Positions 11,401-24,361 of a stretch of 64,000 nucleotides of DNA are shown here, piece after piece; position 1 is the first letter of the stretch; each line of letters begins with the position of its first letter. The notes beneath the pieces are model-generated. The model worked only from the letters and a program-made list of their open reading frames with translations. It did no database searches and was not told the DNA's origin. Position numbers and translations under genes: made by a program. The stretch spans positions 135,966,001-136,030,000 of the forward strand of contig NC_088792.1 in the NCBI RefSeq assembly GCF_011386835.1. The letters run 5' to 3'. The stretch is from Chrysemys picta bellii. Lineage: Eukaryota.

Positions 11401-13772
11401 TTCAATATTTTTTCTGCCTGGAAAGTCCAGAGTTTTTATAGGGAGGCAGCCTCCAGCATGGGCCTGGCCTCTTCCAAATTCCATAACTTTTTTACCAAGA
11501 TATCGCTTCGTCTCAGATGTCAATTTGCTGATGTCTTTAGGGCTCCGCTCTCTGCACCAGTTTCCCCTACAACAACTCGTAAGACAAGCACACTTTTTTC
11601 TGGTGTTGCCTCTCTTCTTCCTCCTCATTCCTGGAGTGAACTGGGCTTATTATACAGGCCCCAGACCATTCCCACTTCAGCGGGTGTTGCTAAGGATTAA
11701 TAGGTAATTGGAGCCAGCTGAACCCTATGCGCATTCTAATTCCTGGGGTAGTCTAGTATTTTGAAATGTGTTTTGCAAATGTTTTATTTTCATGACCTAC
11801 GATTATAAATGAATAATTCCATTGCTTGATTTTTCTTATGCTACATGTGGAAAAAGGTACCACAAAAATGCATGTTTTATAGCACAACTCCTATAGTTTA
11901 GGTTACAAAACTGTTTTAAACCTTTGTTTCCACACACTTCTTGAAATATTCATCTTTTGGGTTGAAACCATCCATTCTTGGGCTAAGACCAAGGGGGATT
12001 TTTATTTTTTAGTTTGGAAAATTTGAGCAAAGCTATTTTTGTCAAATACACCCCTCCCATTTAAAAAAAATAATAATCTCAGTTTAACAATCAGGGTGGC
12101 TACATTTTAATTAATTTATGTATTGCTGTGGGGCCAGGTAAAAGAAGGAAAATGCTGCTCAGTCTCTCCTTAGTGCCTATATTCAATCTCTGCTTTGTAC
12201 CCCACCATTATTCCTCAAGAGTGTAAAAGAGAAGGGTTAAGTGATAAATTTTGTACATAAAAATGATCACTCCTATAAGTTAGTCAATTACTATATCATG
12301 TGGTGCTAATAAAAGATTTGGCTTTTCAGCATATTCTAGTTTTCAGTTAAAAAAATTAATGAAATTAATATTTATTAATTGAAATAATTGATGTATTTTA
12401 GACTTCATTACTAGTTGTACAAAATAAAATACTTGTGCAAATAGTGATGGATTTGTCATTCTTGTAAGTAATTATTATACTGTACTTAGAAGCAGTTGAA
12501 CGAAGTATGGGGGGTTAAATATAAAGAACAAGAATTCTTTTTTGGGGTTAATAAATGTTTGTATATTGAAAAATTAAATTACTGTTACAATGCTGCTATA
12601 GCATTGTCTTCCTGTTAGTACTCTGAAGTGTTTTAATAAGGAAAGCTGAAAGTTGAGTGGATTTTTGAGTTGAAACATTCACAGGACGTTTTTAATGTTG
12701 GAGGGAGTTGGGGTTTGGGGTTTTTTGGACATTACCTACCCTATTATCCGGATTCTTCAATTGGCCATGCAATATGCTTCAAGAATTGGGACCAAAATAT
12801 ATTATTGTGAAAGGAAGCAGTCAAAAGGGATCATAACTAAGGGACTAAATCTGCTCTTGTTGCAGTCATTCATTGGTTTTGCCATTAATTTAGTGGAAGC
12901 CGGATCAAACCTTGAAGGGTCAGAGAAATAAAACAAATCATATAAACTAATGTGCACATATCTAAACTACAACTAATTTGGATCTCTTGGAGAGATGGGC
13001 AGATCTTGAACTGGAGGGATACAGATAGATATCACAATTCCCACCCTGCCTCCCAGTTCTTACTGCTACTGGCTTATAGGAAAAGTGAGAGCAGAGTAAA
13101 GGTTAATGCTCACTATCATTGTGTGAGTGTGTGCAGGTGCATGTTTGCATGTATGTGGGGGGGGGGTGGAATATTTTATTATATCTCCATAATCTGAGTA
13201 CAAGTGATAAAGTTGGGGAGGATGGCATCCCAGTTCATGCATTTTGAGTGAAACCTTGAAAAAATCCAATGGTTATAGCAGAATTGGGAGGTTATTTATA
13301 TGCAAAAGTAAAAATTAATTATAAGGGGTGTAAACCCCACACAGATTGAAACTGAACAAGTTTACGCAAAGCAAAATGCCACATTTCACAAGTTCCGGGC
13401 TGTATCCTGCCAACACTGACTTAGAGGGGTCTGCGGACATGAGGAAAGACACTTCTAGGCATAAATGTTTGCATGATAAGGGCCCTAATCAGGACTTTAG
13501 CTTTGTGCTCCACTAAAGAGAGAACATAGGGCTCTGGCTCCACATTGACTCAAAGGGAAAGGCACCATCTGTAGAATCACCAACACTATTTTCTGCATAT
13601 GGAAAAGGCCTACAGAATGATAAAAGCTCTCCTGCACAAACTGATAATTATATTCCTGCACTAGAATTCAAAAAGATGGGTTTAAAATGTATATCATAAA
13701 GCTCTTATTCTTTATTCAATATGATAGTTTTACAGAAATTACTCTTAAAATCCTATCAGTTTCAATGCTATT

Positions 13773-14300
13773 AGATTCATAATTTCAGAGAGCTTAGGCC
13801 ACAAAGGGACCATCAGGTCATTTAGTCTGATCTTCCGCATATGACCGTTCTGCATCTTTAATTAGCGGGGCAAAGGGGGTGTTTGGCTGGCTGGCAGAGT
13901 GAAGGGAACAGTGCTTTATGGGTGGGGGGAGGGTGAGAGGAAAATTGCTGCGAAAAGGGGCAGCATGGTTGCTGATTCATCCCCTGGGAATGCAGGGTTT
14001 AGAAAGGGGCAGCTCTGTGCCTTGAGCCTTCCTTTTTAAACAGAAAAAGGGGTCCTAGCAATGGATTTGCTGGAGGGACCTGGAGGGAAAAAAGAAGAGG
14101 AGCTGGTAAAAGCCCCCTGGGTAATTATGGAATAAACATGGGGTTACCTGCACTGTACACTTATCTTCGGGGTAGTCCCAGATATCTAATAATAAAGTTG
14201 CAGCCTGATTAAACCCGTGTCAAATGTCTCCTGTCCTTCTTTCGGCATAGCCAGATAATCACAGGCAATTAAATCTCAGCCTCGATACCCCTTCTATAAT
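13773..14300. mobile_element. CR1 3'-end fragment (minus strand) interrupted by an LTR-like insert (about 13842-14260)
   Basis: AGATTCATAATTTCAGAG...GGGACCATCAGGTCATTTAGTCTGATCTTCCGCATA is an antisense CR1 tail that resumes at CACAGGC. The insert has an AATAAA near 14190. No clean TSD was found. Confidence 0.5.
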
Positions 14301-17050
14301 ACTTTTCCACATGAGGCAGCACCCAAGCCCTGACAAGGTCTGATTCCTGCTACCTGGTAACAAATGGAAATCACGGCCTGAGGTAAATAGGCTATGTGTA
14401 TTAGTCTGTCTGGAAAGCAAGGGATTCTGAGAGCTAGAGTGCTATAAAAGCCAATCTTCAAAGCGTATGTTACGTCAAAATGAGGTTAGATGTATAGCAA
14501 GAGCTTCTGAGGCCAAGAGGTTTCCCAGCAGATATTATTTAAAGATTATTCCTGTAAATAAGTAATTTTTACACACATGCACTCTGACTTTCAAGGAACC
14601 TATATGCATACTCCTAATTTTGTTACCTGAAGCTATATTTTAATGTGAAGAAAAATAGTATTCTTAAACTGTCATTCTCACAATAGATTATCCTGAATTT
14701 CTGCATTTCCTTAGAAAGAAGTCTCTATAAAAATACTTGTATTTTATCCAGTGGTTATTTCTAATAAACTAAATTGCACATATTTTTAGATTGCTTATTC
14801 AGTTCAGCATACATAATGTACTGCATAAAATATCACATCTGGAAATAACTTTGGACCAAAAGACTGTTACTTTAATCTTGAAGCAGCATAACTAAGTTTG
14901 CTTACTTATTTTATTTTTCAAATGAGGACGAAAAGGCTTGAGTTATTGAAGGATGACATAAGATTAGCTTTCAGTACCAACCATCAGAGGACAGGGAAGG
15001 GGCACATTAGTAGAGCAGTGATATGAAGTTTGCACTTTTTCTGTTAAATACAGGATTCCAATTTCTAAGGCAACTGTCTCAATGTGGCAGCTTTTTTGAT
15101 CTCTAACTTTGTGTTAAAAGATATAATGGCTAATTACTGTCAATATCAAAGGCTACACAACTTGGGTAAAGAAAGTGAGGTTATGAAGACTTTAAGGTCT
15201 TAAGGCCAGATCCAAAGTCCATTGAAACCAATGAGTTTTTCCACTGACTTCAGTATGTGTTAGATCAGGCCCTTGAATTCAAGTATTTTACATTCTCCTC
15301 ATTTGCATCTAAACTTTAAGAACACTCAGAGGACCAAATGTTTTGTCATAATAGAGAGCTAGGCTGGTTTGCATGAAACACAAAATGATGAGAGGGAATG
15401 AGTCTAAAAACTGTGTTTATCTTCACTGGAGTAGAAGTGCTATTTGGTATTCATGAGGACAATTAATTGAGCAGAAACTTTTGGTTCAGGCAAATAGTAT
15501 TTACGGAGAGGGGTTCAAATACTTAGAAGATCGTGCCAGCTTTCCTTTAATTATTGAGGAGTTAGGACAACAAACCTGACAGATTGCTAGCTGGACTCAG
15601 CCCATGCAGATGGCATCAATCCATATAAACCAGTTTTGGGGAAAAGTCTGCCACACCATATGCTAGAGTCAGTTCAACAGCTAATTAGTTCTTATTCTGC
15701 TGAGACAATATTCTCCATGAAATTTCTTATGGACAGGTCACAATTGTAAAACAGCAAAAGGGAGAAGGGAAAAAAGTGATAAAAATCCAAATGGTTATAT
15801 ACCTTCAGTGAGCTTGTTTACTCCAGTCAAAAATAAAGGTCAGAATGGTAAACTATTATGCATAACCTTTCAGCTCAATCCCTATAGTACTAACATTCCT
15901 AAACCCTGTTTGGAAAATAAAAATTGAATGTTGTAATGAATTACATGCTGGTCTTTCTCCCCCCCCCTCCCCCCGACCCTTTCTCTCCCAGCTGCGGTAG
16001 CAAGAAATGCATAAAGAAGATCAGGGAATTGAACGATAATCAGTTATATTATGTAAATTGCAAAGGAACTTGCAACAGTCATTTAAGAAAGTTTAATACT
16101 TTGACACTAAGAGGAACAATGACAAATTACTAGACATGATGTGTAGATATTGTTAGCTGAAAAAATACCTCAATATCCAGTATTCTCAGTCTTGGCTCTA
16201 TTTCCAGGCAAACATAAAAGTGGATGCCAGTCTCCCCAGACTCTGGCCTGCAAGAATAAGATGAATAAAGACACCTTTTAAAAAGTAAGCTGCCTGGGTG
16301 TTATATCACCATTTATCTGTAAATACTATGGCACTATCAGTGTATCTGTCACTGCCTTGCCCTGTGACTTGACATGATTCTCAGGAGTAATATCTTTTAA
16401 CCTGTTTACTGAAATAGGCCATAACTGTGCTTTACAAATATTAAATTTCACAGGAGCCCTGTTTGGCAGGTACTTTAAATAACACTATATGCAGATTCCA
16501 GATGGCTAAACTAACATACTAGGAAGCTAAGTGTTTCCCAATGTCACACAGCAAGTCAATGACTGCAGGGAATAGTACCCAAGAGTCCCAACTCCCAATA
16601 AAATCTTTCTTTGCTAAGATTTTTCATAGAATTATATATTTCATGCTATCATATCTTTTTCACTTTGTTCCTGAAGGCATGGTCCATAAGTGCTTTCCGA
16701 CATCTCATCAATGCCTTCAAATGATGCCGTAGCTAAATAGTGATTCTAGTAAACAGGTGATGAACTATAGAGATCTTCTATAGGTAAATCATTCCTTAAA
16801 TGCTTTTGCTTATTGGGGTTGGTGAATTTAAAAAAAAATTGACATGAACCTTCACCCAAAATCTGAATCAGTCCTGATCCAAGTATTTTCTGATGTTGGA
16901 AAAAAGATGGGTAACCTTTCCCCCCCTAATGGTTTTTGCTGATCTTTGTTCACAGGCTCTAGCTTGATATGAATGACCAGAAACCTTAAAAGTAACTCTG
17001 CTTTCATGAGGTTTCTACTGCAATGTTGCATGTTCAAGTAACTTAGATCA

Positions 17051-18541
17051 TTGAGGGAGCTGGCTGATGTGATTGCAGAGCCATTGGCCATTATCTTTGA
17101 AAATTCCTGGCAATCGGAGGAGGTCCCGGATGATTGGAAAAAGGCAAATATAGTGCCCATATTTTAAAAAGGGAAGAAAGATAACCCAGGGAACTACAGA
17201 CCGGTCAGTCTCACTTCAGTCCCTAGCAAAATCATGGAGTAGGTCCTCAAGGAATCCATTTTGAAGCACTTGGATGAAAGGAAGGTGATCAGGAACAGTC
17301 AAAATGGATTCACCAAGGGCAAGTCATGCCTGACCAACCTGATTGCCTTCTATGATGAGATAACTGGCTCTGTGGATATGGGGAAAGCGGTGGATGTGAT
17401 ATATCTTGACTTCAGCAAAGCTCTTGATACGGTCTCCCACAGTACTCTTGCCAGCAAGTTAAAGAACTATGGATTGGATGAATGGACTAGAAGGTGGATA
17501 GAAAGCTGGCTAGATTGTCAGGCTCAACGGGTAGTGATCGATGTCTAGTTGGCAGCCAGTATCAAGCAGAGTGCCTCAGGGGTCAGTCCTAGGGCCGGTT
17601 TTGTTCATCTTTATTAATGATCTGGATGATGGGATGAATTGCACCCTCATCAAGTTTGCAGATGATACTAAGCTGGGGGGAGAGGTAGATATGCTGGAGG
17701 GTAGGAATAGGGTCCAGAGTGACCTAGACAAATTGGAGGATTGGGCCAAAAGCAATCTGATGAGGTTCAACAAGGACAAGTGCAAAGTCCTGCACTTAGG
17801 AAGGAAGAATCCCATGCACTGCTACACGCTGGGGACCGACTGGCTAAGAGGAAGTTCTGCGGAAAAGGACCTGGGGATTACAGTGGACAAGAAGCTGGAT
17901 ATGTGTCAGCAGTGTACCCTTGTTGCCAACAAGGCCAATGGCATATTGGGCTATGTTAGTAGAAGCATTGCCAGGAGATCGAGGGAAGTGATTATTCCCC
18001 TCTATTCAGCACTGAGGAGGCCACACCTGGAGTATTTTGTCCAGTTTTGGTCCCCCCCACTACAAAAGGGATGTGAATAAATTGGAGAGAGTCCAGCGGA
18101 GAGCAACAAAAATGATTGGGGGGCTGGGGCAACATGACTTACGAGGAGAGGCTGACGGAAATGGGGTTATTTAGTCCACAGAAGAGAAGAGTGAGGGGGG
18201 ATTTGATAGCAGCCGTCGACTACCTGAAGAGGGGTTCCAAAGAGGATGGAGCTTGGATGTTCTCAGTGGTGGCAGATGACAGAACAAGAAGCAATGGTCT
18301 CAAGTTGCAGTGGGGGATGTCTAGGTTGAATATTAGGAAACATTATTTCACTAGGAGGGTGGTGAAGCATTGGAATGGGTTACCTAGGGAGGTGGTGGAA
18401 TCTCCATCCTTAGAAGTTTTTAAGGCCCTGCTTGACAAAGCCCTGGCTGGGATGATTTAGTTGGTGTTGGGCCTGCTTTGAGCAGGGGATTGGACTAGAT
18501 GACCTCCTGAGGTCTCTTCCAACCCTAATATTCTATGATTT
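17051..18541 (+). mobile_element. 5'-truncated CR1 LINE, ORF2 RT pseudogene plus 3' UTR
   Basis: Translations include SQNGFTKGKSCLTNLIAFYDEIT...DVIYLDFSKALDTVSH, VPQGSVLGPVLF and KFADDTKLGG. It ends ATTCTATGATT (CR1 tail). An in-frame stop near 17240 and a frameshift near 17545 make it inactive. Confidence 0.95.
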
Positions 18542-21500
18542 TGATAAGGGTGTGTGCACTAAAGTAAATTCTGTACTTTTGGGGACTTCTCCAATCTGAA
18601 CTTCTGAAATGTTTGAAATTCTCCCATCACTAGTTAGATATCACTCATCTTTGGGAATTATCCACTGAGTGCTAACATTAGAACATATCTTACTACACAA
18701 ACCTAGTGAGCAAGAGTCTTTGTTCTTGCAGGGGGCCTTACAATTTACCACTTTGCCTCTTATACATTGTGGTGATACTTCCTTCAATTGAGGCCTATAC
18801 AACTCCTTCTCTAGAGCCTATAATTGAGTCAACAAGAGATAGACATTGTGAAACGCATTGAGGTGTTCCCTCTCCCAAACCTCAGCATACGTCAAACTCT
18901 CCTTGTTTATGGAGATTTGCAGATGTTCATAACCAGAACTTGGATCCTCCATTCACTTGATTCTAATTGTTGCCCTTTGCAAAGAAATAGCATTGCACCT
19001 CACTGATCATTGTCTGCTTGAGCTATAGCATATCTTTCAGAAATATATCCAGTCTTTAAAGACTACATATGATGAACAGCCCATCAGGTCTCTAAGCAAA
19101 TATTCCAGTGGACAATTGTTCTCAGAGTTATTTGTTGTCTAAATTGGTGTAGCTTCAGCTGCCAATCATTGGATTTTGTTGTCCTCTTTTCTGCTAGATC
19201 AAAAAGTCAGAAAAGAGTTAGAAATCTCTTCCTCAATAAAGGAATAATATCATGGATTTGTAAATGTTTTTCATATAAACACTGATGCCAGGGATTGTCT
19301 ACGGATCCCTGCCTGGTTTCAAAGACATCAAAAATGTCAAAGTCAGACAAAAGTACTTGACAAATCTCTACTGCCCAGATGTTAGATCAACCCTTTGTAC
19401 TTGATCTTCTGTGTTTCTAGATCTACCTTTTTGAGCTGCTGCTGTTTTATTAAGCCCCTCTTCTATAACAATTAATATGACAAGTAAGATAACCATGCAT
19501 CATTCAGTTATATTCTTATAAAAAGTGGGTGTTAGAGAAAGGGAAGGAGGGGGGCTACATGCCAAGAATTGTGTGCATAATGTGGGCCGATAGGTCTTGC
19601 CCCCATGCTCACTTTGAGAATCAGGAGTAACTCCATTGAAGTCAACAGTTTAACACTGGTGGGCAGGAAAACAGACAATACAGTGGCCTAGTATATTGCT
19701 CTCCAACATAAAAAAAAACTCACAGAAAAAGTTTGGGATGGTGCTGGCTTGGTGACATTTTGTTTGCTTGTTTCTCTTTCTGTATGCTTATTTAAAAGCA
19801 ATTTCTAGTAGTGACCACGTTACCAGATTTCAAATGACAAAATAGTCAATGAGCTTTGAGAATATCATGAACCCTAATGCAAAGATGGCACTATGGTATA
19901 GCCATACGTCAGAACATCAGCCAGACAAGGATCTATGCAGATATCGGATTGTGACTGAGCTACAGACATTATTTAGGAGGAAAGCTTTGAGAGTGATAAG
20001 CCTTGACAGGCAACAAGAAGGATAACTACTGTGCACTTCTCGGTCTGCTGCCCAATAAGAAAAATACTACAGTAATTTAGTCTGACTTTCCCAACATCAA
20101 TGTTATCCATTAGCTAATAGACTTTAATCTTTTTTTAAGAGCACAATTTTCTTGCAGCACTGGAACAATGATCTGTATTCTGCTCCTGACTTAGTCTTAT
20201 GTACTCAGCAGCCGCAGCAGTGGAGCTGCAAAGAGCTTAAGTCAGGACAATATGTAGTCCACGGTGAGTTGCTGGCTTTCTCCACATTGCTAGATGTGAA
20301 TATTTAAGAATTTGTGGTGCTTCTTATTACCATTAATGCAGAAGGAGAATATAGCTAATATTACATTTTATGGATACCTGTAAGATAGCAAATATGTTTA
20401 TAATTATATTAAAAATAAAAATATTAAAGGTTAAGTTCAGTGTCTTAAATGGATTACTGTTCAAGCCTTTCAGACCTATTGGGATGGTATGGCACACCAG
20501 CAAAAATATACGTTCATATTCTCATCATAATCTCTAAGTGACATTAGTTCCCATACAGTCACCAGACATTTTGGACACTTATTAAGAAAGGACTGGGGTT
20601 AGAATAGCAGGGTTTGTAAGTGGAGGCTGACTATATATGGGGAAAAAGGCCCGGGGCAATTTGAACAGCTCTTTCTTACACTAATTTTGTCTCTCTAGCC
20701 ACTGCTATTATTTCCCTGCCTTCATGAGCACCACACTTCTCTCAGATTAAAACTCAGGATTATTAGAAAACACTAGCTAACGGCCTTCATGGTAATCTTT
20801 AATAGTCCACAAGAGATAGGAGCAGTGTGCCTCAGCCTGAATCATCCTGACTGAGTGTTCCCACTGCCATTGCCATCACTAATTATGCTGAGGAGACTCA
20901 TTTCACATTGTCTATTTATTACCCTTCGTTGTTTGCCACTTCAATCATTAGAACCCATGATTTCCTCACTGTGCTGCTGTTGCTAGTGTCTTTGTTCTTA
21001 AATTTATCCACTTTCATCTCCTCTAAATATGGCTTCTGTTTCCTTTTGCAACTGCTCCGCATGTAAAATCACTTCTGGGTGAGGGGACAAGCAGGGAAAC
21101 TACTGGGCATTGGGTTGCTTAATCTGGACCAGTATTAAGACACAAGTTTAAACCACAGTAATGCCATAGCAACTAACTGATGGAAATGCTAATGATTATT
21201 AGGTAAACGGGTAACTGACCCATCAGAAGTAACCCATCAAAAGGTGTGTGTGTGGGGGGGGATGTTCAGATACAGAAAAGGGTTTGAACCCATCGTGAAT
21301 ATGCATAACATGTATGCATAAGACATAAATGAGTGTCATAAAAGCTGCTACCCAGCCTTTGTGCCATGGGACATGCTGGGATACAGGAGGAGGATGGTCA
21401 CTTACAGATACTTAAGCCATCATCTGTTTGCCTACTTCAGGGCTCCCTGCAAGGGATGATGTGAGTAATGCAAGTACTGAACAGTCTGTATTATCTCTAT

Positions 21501-21712
21501 CTCCTTTGCTATAGCATAGTGTTTGTGATTTTATTTGGTTAATTAAATTGATAATAAAAATAAGAAGTATTTGTTTCTCGTGTGCTTCTTGGGGGCCATC
21601 ATTCCAGTGACAGCTTCATTGCTGTAGCTGATCTGGAGACTGAATCCTCTGAGACCACTGCATGCTACATTGCCAAATTACAGGTAACTCCCAAACTGCA
21701 GATTAGCTACAA

Positions 21713-24012
21713 ATCATAGGAATGTAGGATTGGAGGGGACCTCAAGAAGTCATCAAATCCAGTTCCCTGCATGATGCAGGACTAAGTAAATTTAGACCAC
21801 CCCAACAGGTGTTTGTCCAGCCTGTTCTTAAAAACGTCCAATGTTGGGGGTTCTACAACCTGTCTTGGAAGCCTATTCCATAACTTACTACCCTTCTAGT
21901 TAGAAAAGTTTCCCTAATATCTAGCCTAAGTCTTCCTGGATAAAGATTAAGCCCTATACTTCTTGTCCTACCTTCAGTGGACAAGAATAATTGATCACTG
22001 TCATCTTTACAACAGCTTTTAAACACATCTGAGGAATTTTGAGCCCACCTCAGTCACCTTTTCTCAAGACTAAATGTGCCCAGTGTTTTTTTTAACCTTT
22101 CCTCACAGGTCAGGTTTGTATCATTTGTATCAACAATGCTGTCCTCTGGACTTTCTAATTTGTCAACATCTTTCCTAAAGTGTGGCACCCAGAAGTGTGG
22201 CACCCAGAACTTTCTAATTTGTCAACATCTTTCCTAAAGTGTGGCACCCAGAGAGTATTGTGCATAAGACATGGGAGGTAATTGTCCCACTCTGCTCAGC
22301 ACTGGTGAGGCCTCAGCTGGAGTATTATGTCTGGCATGATTGGGGCATGGCCTCAGCTGTGGCTGCTTCCCTAATCAGCCTAGCCTGGCTGCTTTTCCTA
22401 TTGGCTCCCCAGGGCAGCCCTTTCCCCGGGCTGTTTAACCCCTTCAGGGCTGGAGCGGGGTGACCACCCCACTACAACACCCCAGAATTATATTTGCCTT
22501 TTTCACAACAACATCACTTTGTTGACTCATATTCAATTTGTGATCCACTATAAGCCCCAGAACTTTTTCAGCAGTACTACAAGCTAGCCCATTATTGCCC
22601 ATTTTGTAGTTGTGTATTTGATTTTTTCCTTCCTAAGTGATGTATTTTGCACTTGTCTTTGCTGAATTTTGTCTGGTTGAATTCAGACCAATTCTCCAAT
22701 TTGTCAAGGTTAATGTGGGACTGTGTTAAAAGCCTTACCAAAATCTTACTATATCTACTATAACCTCACATCCACTGGGCCAGTAATCCTGGTTTGGCAT
22801 GATTTGTTCTTGACAAATCCATGCTGGCTATTACTTATAACCCTATTATTCTCTAGGTGTTTACAAAATGATTGTTTAATAATTTGTTCCAATATCTTTC
22901 CAGGTATCGAAGTTAGGCTGATGCCAATAATTCCTCTTTGCTCCCCTTTTTAAAGACAGATACTATTGTTGTCCTTCTCCAGTCCTCTGGGACCTCACCC
23001 ATGCTTGAAGATAATTGCTAATGGTTCCAAGATTGCTTCAGCTAGTTCATTAAGTACCCTAGTATGAATTTCATCAGGCCCTGCTGACTTGAATACATCT
23101 AATTTATCAAAATATTCTTTAACCTGTTCTTTCCCTATTTTGGCTTGCATTCCTTCCCCCTTGTTAGTATTAAGTGTTTTGAATTTCAGGTCACCGCTAA
23201 TCTTTTTGTACTTATTTCCACTTTCTATAGGATTTCTTTCTAATTTTAAGATCATTGAAGAGTTCCTGATGGAGACATATTGGCCTCTTACTATTCTTCC
23301 TGTCTTTCCTTCACTTTGAGATAGTTTGATGTTATGCCTTCAATATTGCCTCTTTAAGAAACTGCCAGCTCTCCTGGACTCCTTTTCCCCTTAGATTTTC
23401 TTCTAGAGGGACCTTACCTACCAGTTCTCTGAGTTTCTTAAAGTCTGCTTTTTTAAGTCCATTGTCCTTTCTCTGCTACTCTCACTCCTTCCTTTCCTTT
23501 CCTTAGAATCATTCACGCTATCATATCACGATTACTTTCACCCAAATTGCCTTCCACCTTCAGATTTGCTACCAATTCCTCCCTGTTGGTCAGAACCAAA
23601 TCTAAAATGGCTGCCTCCCTGGTTCCTTTGTCTACTTTCTAAAACAAAACATTGTCCCCAACATATTCTAAGAACTTATTGGCAATTTTGTGTTTTGCTG
23701 TATTACTTTTCCAACAGATTCCTGGGTAATTAAAGCTCCCGATTACTACCAGGTCTTGTGTTCCAGATATTTCTGTTATTTGGTATAAAAATGCCTCATC
23801 CACTTCATCTTCCTGATTTCACCTACCATGACATCACCTCTATTTGTTACCCCTTTTATCTTTACCCAGAGACTTCAACTGGTCTGCCTCTCACCTTCTT
23901 CTGGACCTCGGAACAAGCGTATATATTCTTGATGTATAATGCAACACCTCCTCCTTTTCTTTCCTGCTTGTCCTTCCTGAACAAGCTATACACCTCTACA
24001 CTAATATTCCTG
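21713..24012 (-). mobile_element. Rearranged CR1 LINE (APE to RT to 3' end) with internal deletions, an inversion and an LTR insert
   Basis: The minus strand gives YSLFRKDKQERKGGGVALYIK (APE), FKSAGPDEIHTRVLNELAEAILEPLAIIF (RT start) and KLNMSQQ..VVKKANIILG. The CR1 tail begins ATCATAGGAATGTAGG at 21713. Confidence 0.9.
22342..22475 (-). mobile_element. Truncated LTR 5' end inserted in the CR1
   Basis: The minus strand begins TGTAGTGGGTGGTCACCCCGCTCCAGCCCTGAAGGGG, which resembles an LTR start, and breaks off after about 134 bp at the inversion junction. Confidence 0.6.
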
Positions 24013-24361
24013 TGGCCTTTCCTTTTGGATGTGTCCCTTGCCACCATCAGCCATGCTTTTGTTACTATTGCAATGTGCTCTACATGGGGCCAAACCTTAA
24101 AACCAGTTGCAGATTGAAGCAAGTACAGTACACAACAGCTTGCTTATTGAATGGAGCCTCAGATAGGGAATGTATGACACCAGCCCTCCAGGATCTGCAG
24201 GAGTAGAGAAGGTTTTTTCTAACTGAGAAATTTGTGTTGATGTTCCCCAAAATGAGACTTTTTTTATATACATGGAGAGGAGGGGTAAAGGACTAGGAAT
24301 CTATTCCTTTAAATTGAAACCATTATTTAATGCCATAACCAGAAAGGCCACTTGCTAAAAA

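Noticed and set aside
12695-12931. 78-aa ORF with antisense FSDPSRFDP resembling a P450 PERF region
   Set aside because: All minus frames hit stops within the putative exon and no other P450 motifs are nearby.
17261-18460. Functional reverse transcriptase gene
   Set aside because: It is 5'-truncated, has a premature stop and frameshifts, and is split across three ORFs. This is a dead CR1 copy.
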